A stretch of 52,406 nucleotides of DNA from Clostridia bacterium (GTDB taxonomy: Bacteria > Bacillota > Clostridia > Oscillospirales > CAG-272), in the NCBI GenBank assembly GCA_017482495.1, contig JAFUMU010000045.1, forward strand, positions 1-52,406, given 5' to 3'. Below the pieces are notes generated by a model. It was not told the DNA's origin and did no database searches. It saw only the letters and a program-made list of their open reading frames with translations. Position 1 is the first letter of the stretch, and every line of letters begins with the position of its first letter. Shown here in pieces: positions 36,788 through 45,768 of the stretch. Made by a program: the position numbers and the translations under genes.

Positions 36788-37327
36788 TTATGCTATTGTA
36801 ATATTATCCGACACCTCTTTGCCGAGAACTTTGCGGTACACCGCGATGTGATCATCAAACGTAACGTCCTCGCCCCCTGTCATGACCTGCATCTTCGTTC
36901 CGTAGAACCATACCTTATAGCTTTGCTCTACCATACCGTTTCTAAGGTAGAAGGATTTCCTTCTTATTCTGTCGGCAAGGTTATCGGATTCTTCGTCCGT
37001 GTCCTCTATCTCGATAAGAAGTATTCTGTCTGCATATCTTTCCTTAAGCATCTGAAGAGCTCGGCTGCCCACGTTATTCCCTCTTTTCTCGCTTTCAATT
37101 GCAAAATAGTCGAGAAGTGCAATATTTCCGCAAACAAGCATTATGGCAAGGCCGAGAAAATCTCCGCAATCGTCCTCTATTGCCACCATCTCAACGCCCT
37201 CTCCGCACTTTTCAAGCATCACGTCAAAGGGCTTGCGCTCCTCACAGGGAAAAGCCTCCATATACAGTCGCTCTATATTTTCTATCTGCTTTCCGCTTAT
37301 GTAGCTGACCAGCTTCATTTTAATCAC
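36788..37327 (-). CDS. GNAT-family N-acetyltransferase
   Basis: 179 aa. Acetyl-CoA-binding-type segment (RGNNVGSRALQMLKE) within a GNAT-like beta-alpha layout. Confidence 0.75.
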   Translation of the reverse strand: MIKMKLVSYISGKQIENIERLYMEAFPCEERKPFDVMLEKCGEGVEMVAIEDDCGDFLGLAIMLVCGNIALLDYFAIESEKRGNNVGSRALQMLKERYADRILLIEIEDTDEESDNLADRIRRKSFYLRNGMVEQSYKVWFYGTKMQVMTGGEDVTFDDHIAVYRKVLGKEVSDNITIA

Positions 37328-37410
37328 CTCGCCTGTCTATTTTATCTCAAACTCAAAGGAAAGTCAACAAAAGGGTATCCCGTACAGGATACCCTTTCGC
37401 AATTATATTA

Positions 37411-40400
37411 TTATTCGTAGAGCTTACCCATCTTAACGAGTCTGTCATACTTAGCCTTTGCTGCTGCCTCAGCCTGAGCAAAGAGCTGATTTGCTCTTTC
37501 GGGGAAGGACTGTGCAAGACGTGCATAACGTGCCTCGTTTGCAATAAACTCCTGATAGTCGCCTGTAGGCTCCTTGGAATCTATTGTCAGCTTATTAGCT
37601 TCAAGGGTGGGGTTGTATCTGAAGAGATGCCAATAGCCTGCCTCAACTGCCTTCTTCATTTCAAGCTGGCAATTCTGCATACCGCCCTTCTTGATGCCGT
37701 GCATCTCACAGGGAGCGTAGCCGATAATAAGGGAAGGTCCGTGATAAGCCTCAGCCTCTCTGAGTGCCTTAAGTGTCTGGTTCATATCTGCGCCCATTGC
37801 GATCTGTGCTACGTATACGTAGCCGTAGGACATAGCGATCTCAGCAAGATTCTTCTTGCCGATAGCCTTACCTGCTGCAGCAAACTGAGCAACCTGACCA
37901 AGGTTGGATGCCTTGGAAGCCTGTCCGCCTGTATTGGAGTAAACCTCGGTATCGAATACCATGATATTTACGTCCTCACCGGATGCAAGCACGTGATCGA
38001 GACCGCCGAAGCCGATATCGTATGCCCAACCGTCGCCACCGAAGATCCATACGGATTTCTTAGCAAGGTAATCCTTACCTGCAACGATCTCCTTCTCTGC
38101 AGGAACTGTTTCACAAGTGCCGCGAGCAATATCATCCTCAAGCATCTTAACCATATGCTCTGTAGCTGCCGCATTTGCCTTGGGATCGTCGAGAGTATTG
38201 AGGTATCCCTCAAGGCAACCTGTCCACTCCTCGGAAACCTGCATCTCACGGTACTTCTCAAGAAGTGCGCGAACCTTACCGATAAGTCTCTCGCGGATAG
38301 TCTTCTGACCGAGAGCCATACCGAGACCGTGCTCTGCGTTGTCCTCGAAGAGAGAGTTTGCCCAAGCGGGACCCTTACCGCTTTCACGGTTTACTGTATA
38401 AGGTGTAGAGGGTGCACTGCCGCCCCAGATGGAGGAGCATCCTGTTGCGTTGGAGATATACATTCTCTCACCAAAGAGCTGTGTGATAAGACGTGCATAG
38501 GATGTTTCAGCACAGCCTGCGCAGGAGCCGGAGAATTCAAGCAGGGGCTGCTTGAACTGTGAACCCTTAACAGTTGTATCATTGATAAGCTCGGGCTTTT
38601 CGGAAACATTAGCCACAGCATAGTCAAATGCTGCCTGCTGTTCGATCTGAGAAGCCTGGGAAACCATCTGAAGTGCAAGCTTTGCAGGATCAGGCTTTTC
38701 GCCTGCTGCCGCAGCCTTCTTAGTTACGTTTGTATTTACGGGACAAGCCTTAACACAGAGAGTACATCCCATACAGTCAAGGGGAGATACAGACACTGTG
38801 AACTTATAATTTGTTTTAAGCACAGGCTTAGGTGCAAACTTTGTAACCTCGGGGGCATTTGCCGCCTCTTCCTCTGTCATAGCATAGGGACGGATGGTCG
38901 CATGAGGACATACAAACGAACAGGTATTACACTGGATACAGTTTTCAGGATGCCATTCGGGAACCATAACTGCAACGCCGCGCTTCTCATAAGCCGCTGC
39001 GCCCTGAGGGAATGTACCGTCTGCCATATCCTTGAATGCGGAAACAGGGAGACTGTCGCCGTCCATCTTACCCACGGGAGAAACTATTCTGTTAACGAAA
39101 TCAACAAGCTCGGGACGGTTACCTGTTGCAGGAGCATCGGGAGCTGTTTCGCCTGCGTTCTTCCACTCTGCGGGAACGTCTACCTTTACAAGTGCGTCTG
39201 CACCCATATCGATAGCCTTATGGTTCTGGTTAACAACGTCCTCGCCAAACTTGGAGTAGGACTTAGTTGCCATATACTTCATATAGCCAACTGCCTCTTC
39301 CAGGGGCATGATCTTTGCAAGAGCAAAGAATGCAGACTGGAGGATAGTGTTCTTAACCTTGGGGTTACCAACCTCGTTCTTTGCGATGGAGGTTGCGTTG
39401 ATGATATAGAAATTAACGTCGTTATTTGCAATATAGCTCTTAACGGATGCGGGAAGGTGAGCGTCAAGCTCATCTGCGCTCCACTGGCAGTCCAGCAGGA
39501 ATGTTCCGCCGGGCTTAACGTCGTTTACGATCTTATAACCCTTTAAGATATAGCTGGGGTTGTGGCAGGCAACGAAGTTTGCCTTTGTGATATAGTAAGG
39601 GCTCTTGATGGGTGTATCACCGAAACGCAGGTGGGAAATGGTTACGCCGCCTGTCTTCTTAGAGTCATACTGGAAGTATGCCTGGATATATTTATCTGTG
39701 TGGTCACCGATGATCTTGATGGAGTTCTTATTTGCGCCAACTGTACCGTCGCCGCCGAGGCCCCAGAACTTGCAGGAGATAGTGCCTGCGGGAGCTGTAT
39801 CGGGGGAGCGCTTCTCTTCAAGAGAGAGGTTAGTAACGTCGTCAACGATACCGATTGTGAAGTTATTCTTAGGTGTCTCTTCTGCAAGATTATCATAAAC
39901 TGCGAAGATGGATGCAGGAGTTGTATCCTTAGAGCCGAGACCGTAGCGGCCGCCAACGATAGTCTTGCCTGTAACGCCCTTGGATGCAAGTGCTGTTACA
40001 ACATCGAGATAGAGAGGCTCGCCAAGTGCACCGGGTTCCTTTGTTCTGTCGAGAACTGCGATCTTTGTTGCTGTTTCGGGGATAGCCTTAATAAGATTTT
40101 CTGCAACGAAGGGTCTGTAGAGGCGAACCTTAACAAGACCAACCTTCTCGCCTGCAGCAAGCATATAGTCGATAACCTCTTCTGCTACGTCACAAACAGA
40201 GCCCATTGCGATGATAACTCTATCTGCATCGGGTGCACCGTAGTAGTTGAAGGGCTTATAGTTTGTGCCGATCTTGGCATTTACCATATCCATATACTTC
40301 TCTACGATTGCAGGAAGTGCATCATAGTAGCTGTTACAAGCTTCTCTGTGCTGGAAGAAAATGTCGCCGTTTTCAGCAGATCCGCGGAGAACGGGATGCT

Positions 40401-41052
40401 CGGGGTTGATGGAGCGGCTTCTGAATGCCTCAACTGCGTCCATATCAACCATTTCCTTAAGGTCTTCATAGTCCCAAGCCTCGATCTTCTGGATCTCGTG
40501 GGATGTTCTGAAGCCGTCGAAGAAGTTAAGGAAAGGAACTCTGCCCTCGATAGTTGCAAGATGTGCAACTGCACCAAGGTCCATAACCTCCTGAGGGTTA
40601 GTCTCTGCCATCATAGCAAAGCCTGTCTGGCGGCATGCGTAAACGTCGGAATGGTCACCGAAAATGTTCAGCGCGTGAGACGCAACTGCACGTGCGGAAA
40701 CGTGAATAACTGAGGGGAGCAGCTCTCCTGCGATCTTATACATATTGGGGATCATAAGAAGAAGACCCTGAGATGCTGTATAAGTTGTGGTCAGTGCGCC
40801 TGCCGCAAGTGAGCCGTGAACGGCACCTGCCGCACCTGCCTCGGACTGCATCTCCATAACCTTAACTCTGTCGCCAAAAATATTTCTTGCGCTTTCGCCG
40901 AAAATATTTTTGTCTGTGGCTGACCAGGTATCTGTTACCTCAGCCATGGGGGAAGAAGGTGTGATAGGATATATAGCGGCTACCTCTGTGAACGCATATG
41001 ATACATGCGCCGCGGCGGTATTACCGTCCATTGATACTTTTCTTCTTGCCAT
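37411..41052 (-). CDS. nifJ: Pyruvate:ferredoxin (flavodoxin) oxidoreductase
   Basis: 1213 aa single-chain PFOR. Two ferredoxin-type 4Fe-4S motifs (CIQCNTCSFVCP, CMGCTLCVKACP) and the TPP motif GGDGWAYDIG. Confidence 0.97.
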   Translation of the reverse strand: MARRKVSMDGNTAAAHVSYAFTEVAAIYPITPSSPMAEVTDTWSATDKNIFGESARNIFGDRVKVMEMQSEAGAAGAVHGSLAAGALTTTYTASQGLLLMIPNMYKIAGELLPSVIHVSARAVASHALNIFGDHSDVYACRQTGFAMMAETNPQEVMDLGAVAHLATIEGRVPFLNFFDGFRTSHEIQKIEAWDYEDLKEMVDMDAVEAFRSRSINPEHPVLRGSAENGDIFFQHREACNSYYDALPAIVEKYMDMVNAKIGTNYKPFNYYGAPDADRVIIAMGSVCDVAEEVIDYMLAAGEKVGLVKVRLYRPFVAENLIKAIPETATKIAVLDRTKEPGALGEPLYLDVVTALASKGVTGKTIVGGRYGLGSKDTTPASIFAVYDNLAEETPKNNFTIGIVDDVTNLSLEEKRSPDTAPAGTISCKFWGLGGDGTVGANKNSIKIIGDHTDKYIQAYFQYDSKKTGGVTISHLRFGDTPIKSPYYITKANFVACHNPSYILKGYKIVNDVKPGGTFLLDCQWSADELDAHLPASVKSYIANNDVNFYIINATSIAKNEVGNPKVKNTILQSAFFALAKIMPLEEAVGYMKYMATKSYSKFGEDVVNQNHKAIDMGADALVKVDVPAEWKNAGETAPDAPATGNRPELVDFVNRIVSPVGKMDGDSLPVSAFKDMADGTFPQGAAAYEKRGVAVMVPEWHPENCIQCNTCSFVCPHATIRPYAMTEEEAANAPEVTKFAPKPVLKTNYKFTVSVSPLDCMGCTLCVKACPVNTNVTKKAAAAGEKPDPAKLALQMVSQASQIEQQAAFDYAVANVSEKPELINDTTVKGSQFKQPLLEFSGSCAGCAETSYARLITQLFGERMYISNATGCSSIWGGSAPSTPYTVNRESGKGPAWANSLFEDNAEHGLGMALGQKTIRERLIGKVRALLEKYREMQVSEEWTGCLEGYLNTLDDPKANAAATEHMVKMLEDDIARGTCETVPAEKEIVAGKDYLAKKSVWIFGGDGWAYDIGFGGLDHVLASGEDVNIMVFDTEVYSNTGGQASKASNLGQVAQFAAAGKAIGKKNLAEIAMSYGYVYVAQIAMGADMNQTLKALREAEAYHGPSLIIGYAPCEMHGIKKGGMQNCQLEMKKAVEAGYWHLFRYNPTLEANKLTIDSKEPTGDYQEFIANEARYARLAQSFPERANQLFAQAEAAAKAKYDRLVKMGKLYE

Positions 41053-41128
41053 AAAAACCTCCGTGTGTATATATACTAATAAATATTATTTATAAATTCT
41101 GCGTGCTATAGTCAGCACACTACTCATA

Positions 41129-41157
41129 ATTATACTACTTTTTTTGTCTTTTGTAAA
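41129..41157 (-). promoter_or_regulatory. Candidate PFOR promoter (TTTACA-17-TATAAT)
   Basis: Minus strand: TTTACA (41152-41157), 17-nt spacer, TATAAT (41129-41134), about 75 nt upstream of the start codon. Confidence 0.55.
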
Positions 41158-41301
41158 TAACATTTATAACAAAATGCCCGAAAATATTTGTTAAAAATGA
41201 CAAAAATGTTTTCAAAAGTCTCTAAAACGCAGTGATTCTTTAAAATTCCTTCGCCGTCAACGCCATCTTAGGTGAGCTTCCGCAAGCTGATCTCAGCACG
41301 C

Positions 41302-41348
41302 AAAAAAAGATCCCCGACACAGCTCATCAAAACTGCAAAGGGGATCTT
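41302..41348 (-). terminator. Terminator after the DUF4956 gene
   Basis: Minus strand: AAGATCCCC...GGGGATCTT stem with a 24-nt partly paired loop, followed by TTTTTTT. Confidence 0.55.
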
Positions 41349-41372
41349 AATTTACTTTATTCTACCGTACTA

Positions 41373-42047
41373 TCAGAACGTAACCTCTCCGTCGTGAGCC
41401 AGAACAGACACGGATGTAACGCCCTCGATCGCCATAACAGAGGATGCCATAGCTCCCTCATCGACGCTGCGCACCTCTATTACAAGGTCAAGCTGCTCGT
41501 GAGAGAATGTACGTGACTTCACGTTAGACCATCTGCAATGCTTGCCTACTGTTTCCATAACCTTCTTCTCGCCGTCGTTACCTGTTGCTGTTACAAGAAG
41601 GAGAACGGGAGCCTTAGCTACGGGAAGTGCGTTGAAAATCCATATTACAACAGACATGATAACGCTGAGTGCCACTGCAATTATTGCAAGACCTGCGCCG
41701 CAGATGATACCGCAGCTAATAGACCAGAACAGGAATGCAAGATCCATAGGATCCTTGATGGCAGTTCTGAAACGAACGATTGACAGCGCACCCACCATAC
41801 CGAGGGAAATAACTACGTTGGACTGTACCGCAAGGATGATCGATGCGGTGATAACAGAGATAGCTATAAGGGAAATGCTGAAATTCTTGTTGTAGAATGA
41901 CTTACGGCAAAGTATTCTGTACGCCGCAAAAATGTAGATGCCTATAAGGCACGATATGAGAAGGCAGGCTGCGATAGCAAGGGGAGTGAGTGAGATCTGA
42001 GCATAGCCTTCCAAAAAAGAATTTTTAAAAATATCCTTAAATGTCAT
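41373..42047 (-). CDS. DUF4956-family polytopic membrane protein
   Basis: 224 aa with 4-5 TM helices. Characteristic GALSIVRFRTAIKDPMD motif and a soluble C-terminal region of about 70 aa. The ATGA overlap with the upstream gene indicates coupling. Confidence 0.75.
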   Translation of the reverse strand: MTFKDIFKNSFLEGYAQISLTPLAIAACLLISCLIGIYIFAAYRILCRKSFYNKNFSISLIAISVITASIILAVQSNVVISLGMVGALSIVRFRTAIKDPMDLAFLFWSISCGIICGAGLAIIAVALSVIMSVVIWIFNALPVAKAPVLLLVTATGNDGEKKVMETVGKHCRWSNVKSRTFSHEQLDLVIEVRSVDEGAMASSVMAIEGVTSVSVLAHDGEVTF

Positions 42048-42748
42048 ATAAGGGCTCCTCCGTGATTATTATATTTTCTGCATAAATAGTATTTTGAAAA
42101 TGAGGTCCACTGCAGACCCTCTGTCTGAAGCTGATCCTTGATATACGACGGAATAAACTGGTCCCATTTCACTTCAAGGACACCGCTTCCGTTTGCCAGT
42201 ATCTGTCTGGCAGGCATTTCGGGATCAAAAAATCTGTCAAAGGATTGTGACGACGATATTCTGAAGTCAAGCGTTACTCTTACGTTACCTGCAGAATGAG
42301 TGAAGGGTCTTCTTTCATACTGCACTATAACAGCAGGACGCATGGCTTTTAGCTTCATATCTGTCAGCATATTTGCAAGAGCAGGCGACATATCATCTGT
42401 TACGTCGGGGATCTTTCCCCTGAGCATCATCTCGCACATCTCGCGGCTGAGTCTGCCCGAGTCCTTATGGGTCATACCGCGGCATTTTACCTTTCGCTCA
42501 AGAGTGATCCTTTTGTCGCTGCAGTTATATATTCTGATCCTATACTTTGAACGGGGATCGACTCCGTCCTCGTTTTCGTAGTAACAGGCGTTGTCGGGCG
42601 TATCAAAATATACACTGCGTATTAAATATGTACCTCTCGCTCCTGCGTGCTTATCGGGTGAGAGCAATCTTTCCAGCCTTTTTTCTTGAACTGTCAACTG
42701 AGATGCGCTGCAGATATATTTATATTCGTGGCGAAATTCCGTAGCCAT
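42044..42748 (-). CDS. VTC-domain (triphosphate tunnel metalloenzyme / polyphosphate-polymerase-like) protein
   Basis: RHEYKY start, IRSVYFDT, YRIRIYN, TLERKVK, LEVKWDQFIP, FSKY. This is an alternating charged beta-strand pattern of the VTC/CYTH fold. ATG at 42748 gives a TGAtATG junction with the CotH gene. GTG at 42760 is the alternative start. Confidence 0.75.
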   Translation of the reverse strand: MATEFRHEYKYICSASQLTVQEKRLERLLSPDKHAGARGTYLIRSVYFDTPDNACYYENEDGVDPRSKYRIRIYNCSDKRITLERKVKCRGMTHKDSGRLSREMCEMMLRGKIPDVTDDMSPALANMLTDMKLKAMRPAVIVQYERRPFTHSAGNVRVTLDFRISSSQSFDRFFDPEMPARQILANGSGVLEVKWDQFIPSYIKDQLQTEGLQWTSFSKYYLCRKYNNHGGALI

Positions 42749-42749
42749 A

Positions 42750-45389
42750 TCAGCTGTCACCTCCTGTTTTTACGAACACTGCCTTAAGCTCTGCTCCGCC
42801 GTCCTCAAGAGTTACGCTGACAGTTTCATCATCGCTCTCAGCAATGCCCTCCCAGCCTGCGAATTCCCAGCCGTCCTCTGCTTCTGCAGTCAGCGTTACC
42901 GTCAGGCCGCTGAGGTAGGTTCCTGTCCACGTACCGGACTCGGAATAAGCATACGACGTATTTATTCTTACAGCGCCGGCTCCCTTGGTTTCAACGGTAA
43001 CCTCACATTCCGCTCCCTCAAGGTCAAAGGCATGCTTCAGATTTTTCAAAGCAAATTCATGTCTCACCGTAAGCAGCTTTCCCCACAGCCAGCTTTCGGT
43101 TTCGTTATATTCACGAAGCACCTCTCCGCCGTAGGAGTCCATACTGTAGTTGACATTCATCATATCAAGATACGTAAGTATGAAAAGCTCTTTAAACTCC
43201 TCATTCTTCAAAAGGTTGTCAAACAAAGGAACTCTTATATACTTTAATATCCCCTCTCCGTATTTTTCATCATCATGAAGGGTATATTTAAACGGATCAA
43301 GCTCCACTATATAATTATCTCCTCGCTCATAGCTCCATGCAACTCCGTCCATATCATATGAGCACATACGCCATTTTCCGTCGTTATATCCCGTGCCATC
43401 CGATATTCGGGATCGCCACATCTTGAAGTTATGATTCGGGCTGATATCAAGATTGTTACAGTAAATATTTGCGGCCATAAAATCCGCAACGCTCTGAACA
43501 TCCAGCTGAGCCTTGATATTCTCATATACGGCAGGATCAGCAGCATCTGCATTTGTCACGTAGTGATAAAACGCATTATATGCTTCAAGGTCCGCCTCAG
43601 TTCCTTCATCGAGCTCGCCTTCCGTCACCACGATTATGTCCTCTTCGCTGATACCGTAATGCTCATAGAAATATTCGCTGTCGTGACGTTCTCTTATATA
43701 CGTTGTATTATAAAATTCACCGTTCAGGAAGCAGACCACGGGGAATCCGTCCTGAGTCGCAAGCTCGCGGTCCTCTATCAGCTTCTGAGCCATATAGTCA
43801 GGCGCATCAACTCGGGTGTAGAAGGAGCCTGTGAGAACATCCGGAGAAAAGATCGGATTATCAAAAACATCCTGTCCGCTATAGTGCTCTCTGGCATAAA
43901 AGCTGAATCGTTTAATAGCATAGGTACGTGTTGTATTACCCTGGACTCTTATACCGCAGGACTGATCCAGTATGAGGTTGCCCTCATCGTCCCAAAGGTT
44001 AACAACAGCTTCACGCTCCCACAGCCTTCCGTGCTTGGAAAAATTCGCTATGGGCGCTTCTCCTGTCCTGTCAGTATTATTATACCACTCGTCGTACTCG
44101 GCTCCGGTAACGCAAATGCCGTTATCTCCGAAAAGACCGTCAGGCTCAGACACCACCGATAATACGGAATATCCTTCATATTCCTTGGCGGCCTCGCCCA
44201 CAAAATACGTTCCCGTTACTGCAGAGCTGATATTGCCACTATTGTCGATTGCGATGGCACGGATAACGTTTGCCTTATCAACAGGAGTTTCATCGATCAC
44301 AACGTCTTCGTATTTTGCAACGGTATTCTTTATATTAACGTATTTGTTAGCCTGATCGCTTACGTCACGGAGAGTCAAAGCGCCGGTATATTTATTTGAC
44401 TTCTCAGTCGGAGCGCTGCCGTCAGTCGTATAATAGACCGTAGCGCCCTTCGGTGCTGTTATCTCGAGAGAAACTGCTTCTTCGGTATAGAATCCGCTGG
44501 GAAGGCTGAAGGAGGGACTCTCAAGAGTTATCTCCTTATATTTCCTACAGCCCTCGTTACTCTTAAGCGGTGTACCGTAGGCCTTGATATATTTATTGTC
44601 AAGCAGAGTATAGGAAACGTTATCAGCAATACTCTTTATTTCAACCGCATCAATGATGCCTGCCCTTACATGCGACAGAGACACGGTGTCGCTTTCTGAA
44701 ATCTTGAAGTTCGCATGGATCTCGCCGCTGTCATCCAGGGCCTCGCTTGAATCGTCTGCCCATACAAGGATATACTGTCCTGCCTCAAGGACCACGTCGG
44801 GAAAATTAAATTTATCTCTTTCAGAGGGCTTATCGGTGAGATAGTATTCGGAAAGCTTCACGGGCTTATCTCCCATATTGCACAGCTCTATATAATCGGA
44901 AATATTACCGTTGCCGTCCTGCGCCAAATTAAAATTATGAGGACAGATCTCCGTTATACGCAATCCGGATTCAGCCGGAGTATACACTGCTGCAAAGCAG
45001 GTCAGAGCAACTATAGCACTGGCAAAAAGAAACAGACCTGTACACGCCGAAAATGATCTTTTCATATGAAGCCGCTTCATATAGCGGTTGATACCGCGAG
45101 ACTCTACAGCTCCTATCACAATGCCCAGCACAATGCAAATTACAATGTACAGATATGCACCAACGATCTTTGAAACGCGATCGGGAAACAGCACGTCCAC
45201 AGAAAAGGCACATCTTGCAAGCACAGAATACATATACAGGCACCCCCCAAAGATCAAGGTGCCGAAAACAAGAGAAAGCAGTATGTTGACAAATTTAATT
45301 ATCCGCTTTTGTCCGATGCCGGATAAAGCAGCACAAACCGCTGTGCCCAAAACCGCCGTCATAAGCGAAAAAACACCACTCACATGCAA
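42750..45389 (-). CDS. Multidomain CotH-kinase-like protein with N-terminal TM helices
   Basis: 879 aa. About 4 N-terminal TM helices. Lamin-tail-like segment (LRITEICPHN...DYIELCNMG...YYLTD). Chitobiase-C-like segment (ATVYYTTDGSAPT). CotH-like core (FYTRVDAPDYM..., NFKMWRS, KWRMCSYDMDGV). C-terminal beta module (GWEFAGWEG). RBS GAGGAAGGGAG. Confidence 0.7.
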   Translation of the reverse strand: MHVSGVFSLMTAVLGTAVCAALSGIGQKRIIKFVNILLSLVFGTLIFGGCLYMYSVLARCAFSVDVLFPDRVSKIVGAYLYIVICIVLGIVIGAVESRGINRYMKRLHMKRSFSACTGLFLFASAIVALTCFAAVYTPAESGLRITEICPHNFNLAQDGNGNISDYIELCNMGDKPVKLSEYYLTDKPSERDKFNFPDVVLEAGQYILVWADDSSEALDDSGEIHANFKISESDTVSLSHVRAGIIDAVEIKSIADNVSYTLLDNKYIKAYGTPLKSNEGCRKYKEITLESPSFSLPSGFYTEEAVSLEITAPKGATVYYTTDGSAPTEKSNKYTGALTLRDVSDQANKYVNIKNTVAKYEDVVIDETPVDKANVIRAIAIDNSGNISSAVTGTYFVGEAAKEYEGYSVLSVVSEPDGLFGDNGICVTGAEYDEWYNNTDRTGEAPIANFSKHGRLWEREAVVNLWDDEGNLILDQSCGIRVQGNTTRTYAIKRFSFYAREHYSGQDVFDNPIFSPDVLTGSFYTRVDAPDYMAQKLIEDRELATQDGFPVVCFLNGEFYNTTYIRERHDSEYFYEHYGISEEDIIVVTEGELDEGTEADLEAYNAFYHYVTNADAADPAVYENIKAQLDVQSVADFMAANIYCNNLDISPNHNFKMWRSRISDGTGYNDGKWRMCSYDMDGVAWSYERGDNYIVELDPFKYTLHDDEKYGEGILKYIRVPLFDNLLKNEEFKELFILTYLDMMNVNYSMDSYGGEVLREYNETESWLWGKLLTVRHEFALKNLKHAFDLEGAECEVTVETKGAGAVRINTSYAYSESGTWTGTYLSGLTVTLTAEAEDGWEFAGWEGIAESDDETVSVTLEDGGAELKAVFVKTGGDS

Positions 45390-45419
45390 TTCTCCCTTCC
45401 TCTTTAAATATCACTTATA

Positions 45420-45448
45420 ATTATAGCACAACGATCGTCTTCTTTCAA
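45420..45448 (-). promoter_or_regulatory. Promoter of the CotH-VTC-DUF4956 operon (TTGAAA-17-TATAAT, TGn)
   Basis: Minus strand: TTGAAA (45443-45448), 17-nt spacer ending in TGC, TATAAT (45420-45425), about 30 nt before the start codon. Confidence 0.65.
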
Positions 45449-45451
45449 CAC

Positions 45452-45494
45452 AAAAAGACAAAAAGCTCACACGCAGCAAATCTGCGTGTGAGCT
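45452..45494 (-). terminator. Intrinsic terminator (hairpin H6)
   Basis: Minus strand: AGCTCACACGCAG-ATTTG-CTGCGTGTGAGCT followed by TTTTGTCTTTTT. Its stem is nearly identical to hairpin H1 at 45721-45749. Confidence 0.7.
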
Positions 45495-45568
45495 CAGACT
45501 GTCGAAAAAGGCACAGACCGCAGAAAATAATTGATCTGTGTAGAAAAATAATTTTAAATCGGGAATAG

Positions 45569-45602
45569 AAAAAAAGAAAGAGCTGTCGCGTGTGCGACAG
45601 CT
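45569..45602 (-). terminator. Intrinsic terminator (hairpin H4)
   Basis: Minus strand: AGCTGTCGC-ACAC-GCGACAGCT followed by CTTTCTTTTTTT. Confidence 0.65.
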
Positions 45603-45610
45603 TTCTGCTT

Positions 45611-45749
45611 TAGGCGACAACAAACTCTGCCGTACCTTTGTACGGCGACGAATTTGCTGTCGCCTAATCTGCACTCTTTCTCGGCAGTCTCACAGCGTGT
45701 CGACTTTTTCGACACGCTGTGCTCACACGCAACAGATCTGCGTGTGAGC
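45611..45749 (-). other. Cluster of three further long hairpins (H3, H2, H1) in the aminotransferase 3' region
   Basis: H3 45611-45666 (imperfect stem of about 25 bp). H2 45691-45721 (13 bp, CACAGCGTGTCGA/TCGACACGCTGTG). H1 45721-45749 (11 bp, GCTCACACGCA/TGCGTGTGAGC). H1 and H2 abut and have no U-run on the minus strand. Confidence 0.6.
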
Positions 45750-45768
45750 TTTTATAAAAACTTATAAA

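Noticed and set aside
34469-37330. Prophage or genomic-island remnant, suggested by two XRE regulators and a GNAT
   Set aside because: There are no integrase, recombinase, structural or replication genes and no flanking direct repeats. ylmC sits in the middle. This is insufficient evidence for a mobile element.
37627-40713. Long plus-strand ORFs (311, 214, 383 aa) inside the PFOR locus
   Set aside because: They are antisense to a full-length, motif-complete PFOR gene. The translations are Cys/Leu/Val-rich nonsense with no start signals.
45452-45749. Possible CRISPR-like array, given the repeated roughly 30-nt units
   Set aside because: There are only two copies. The units are themselves palindromic terminator-like hairpins, the spacing is about 255 nt, and no cas genes are present.
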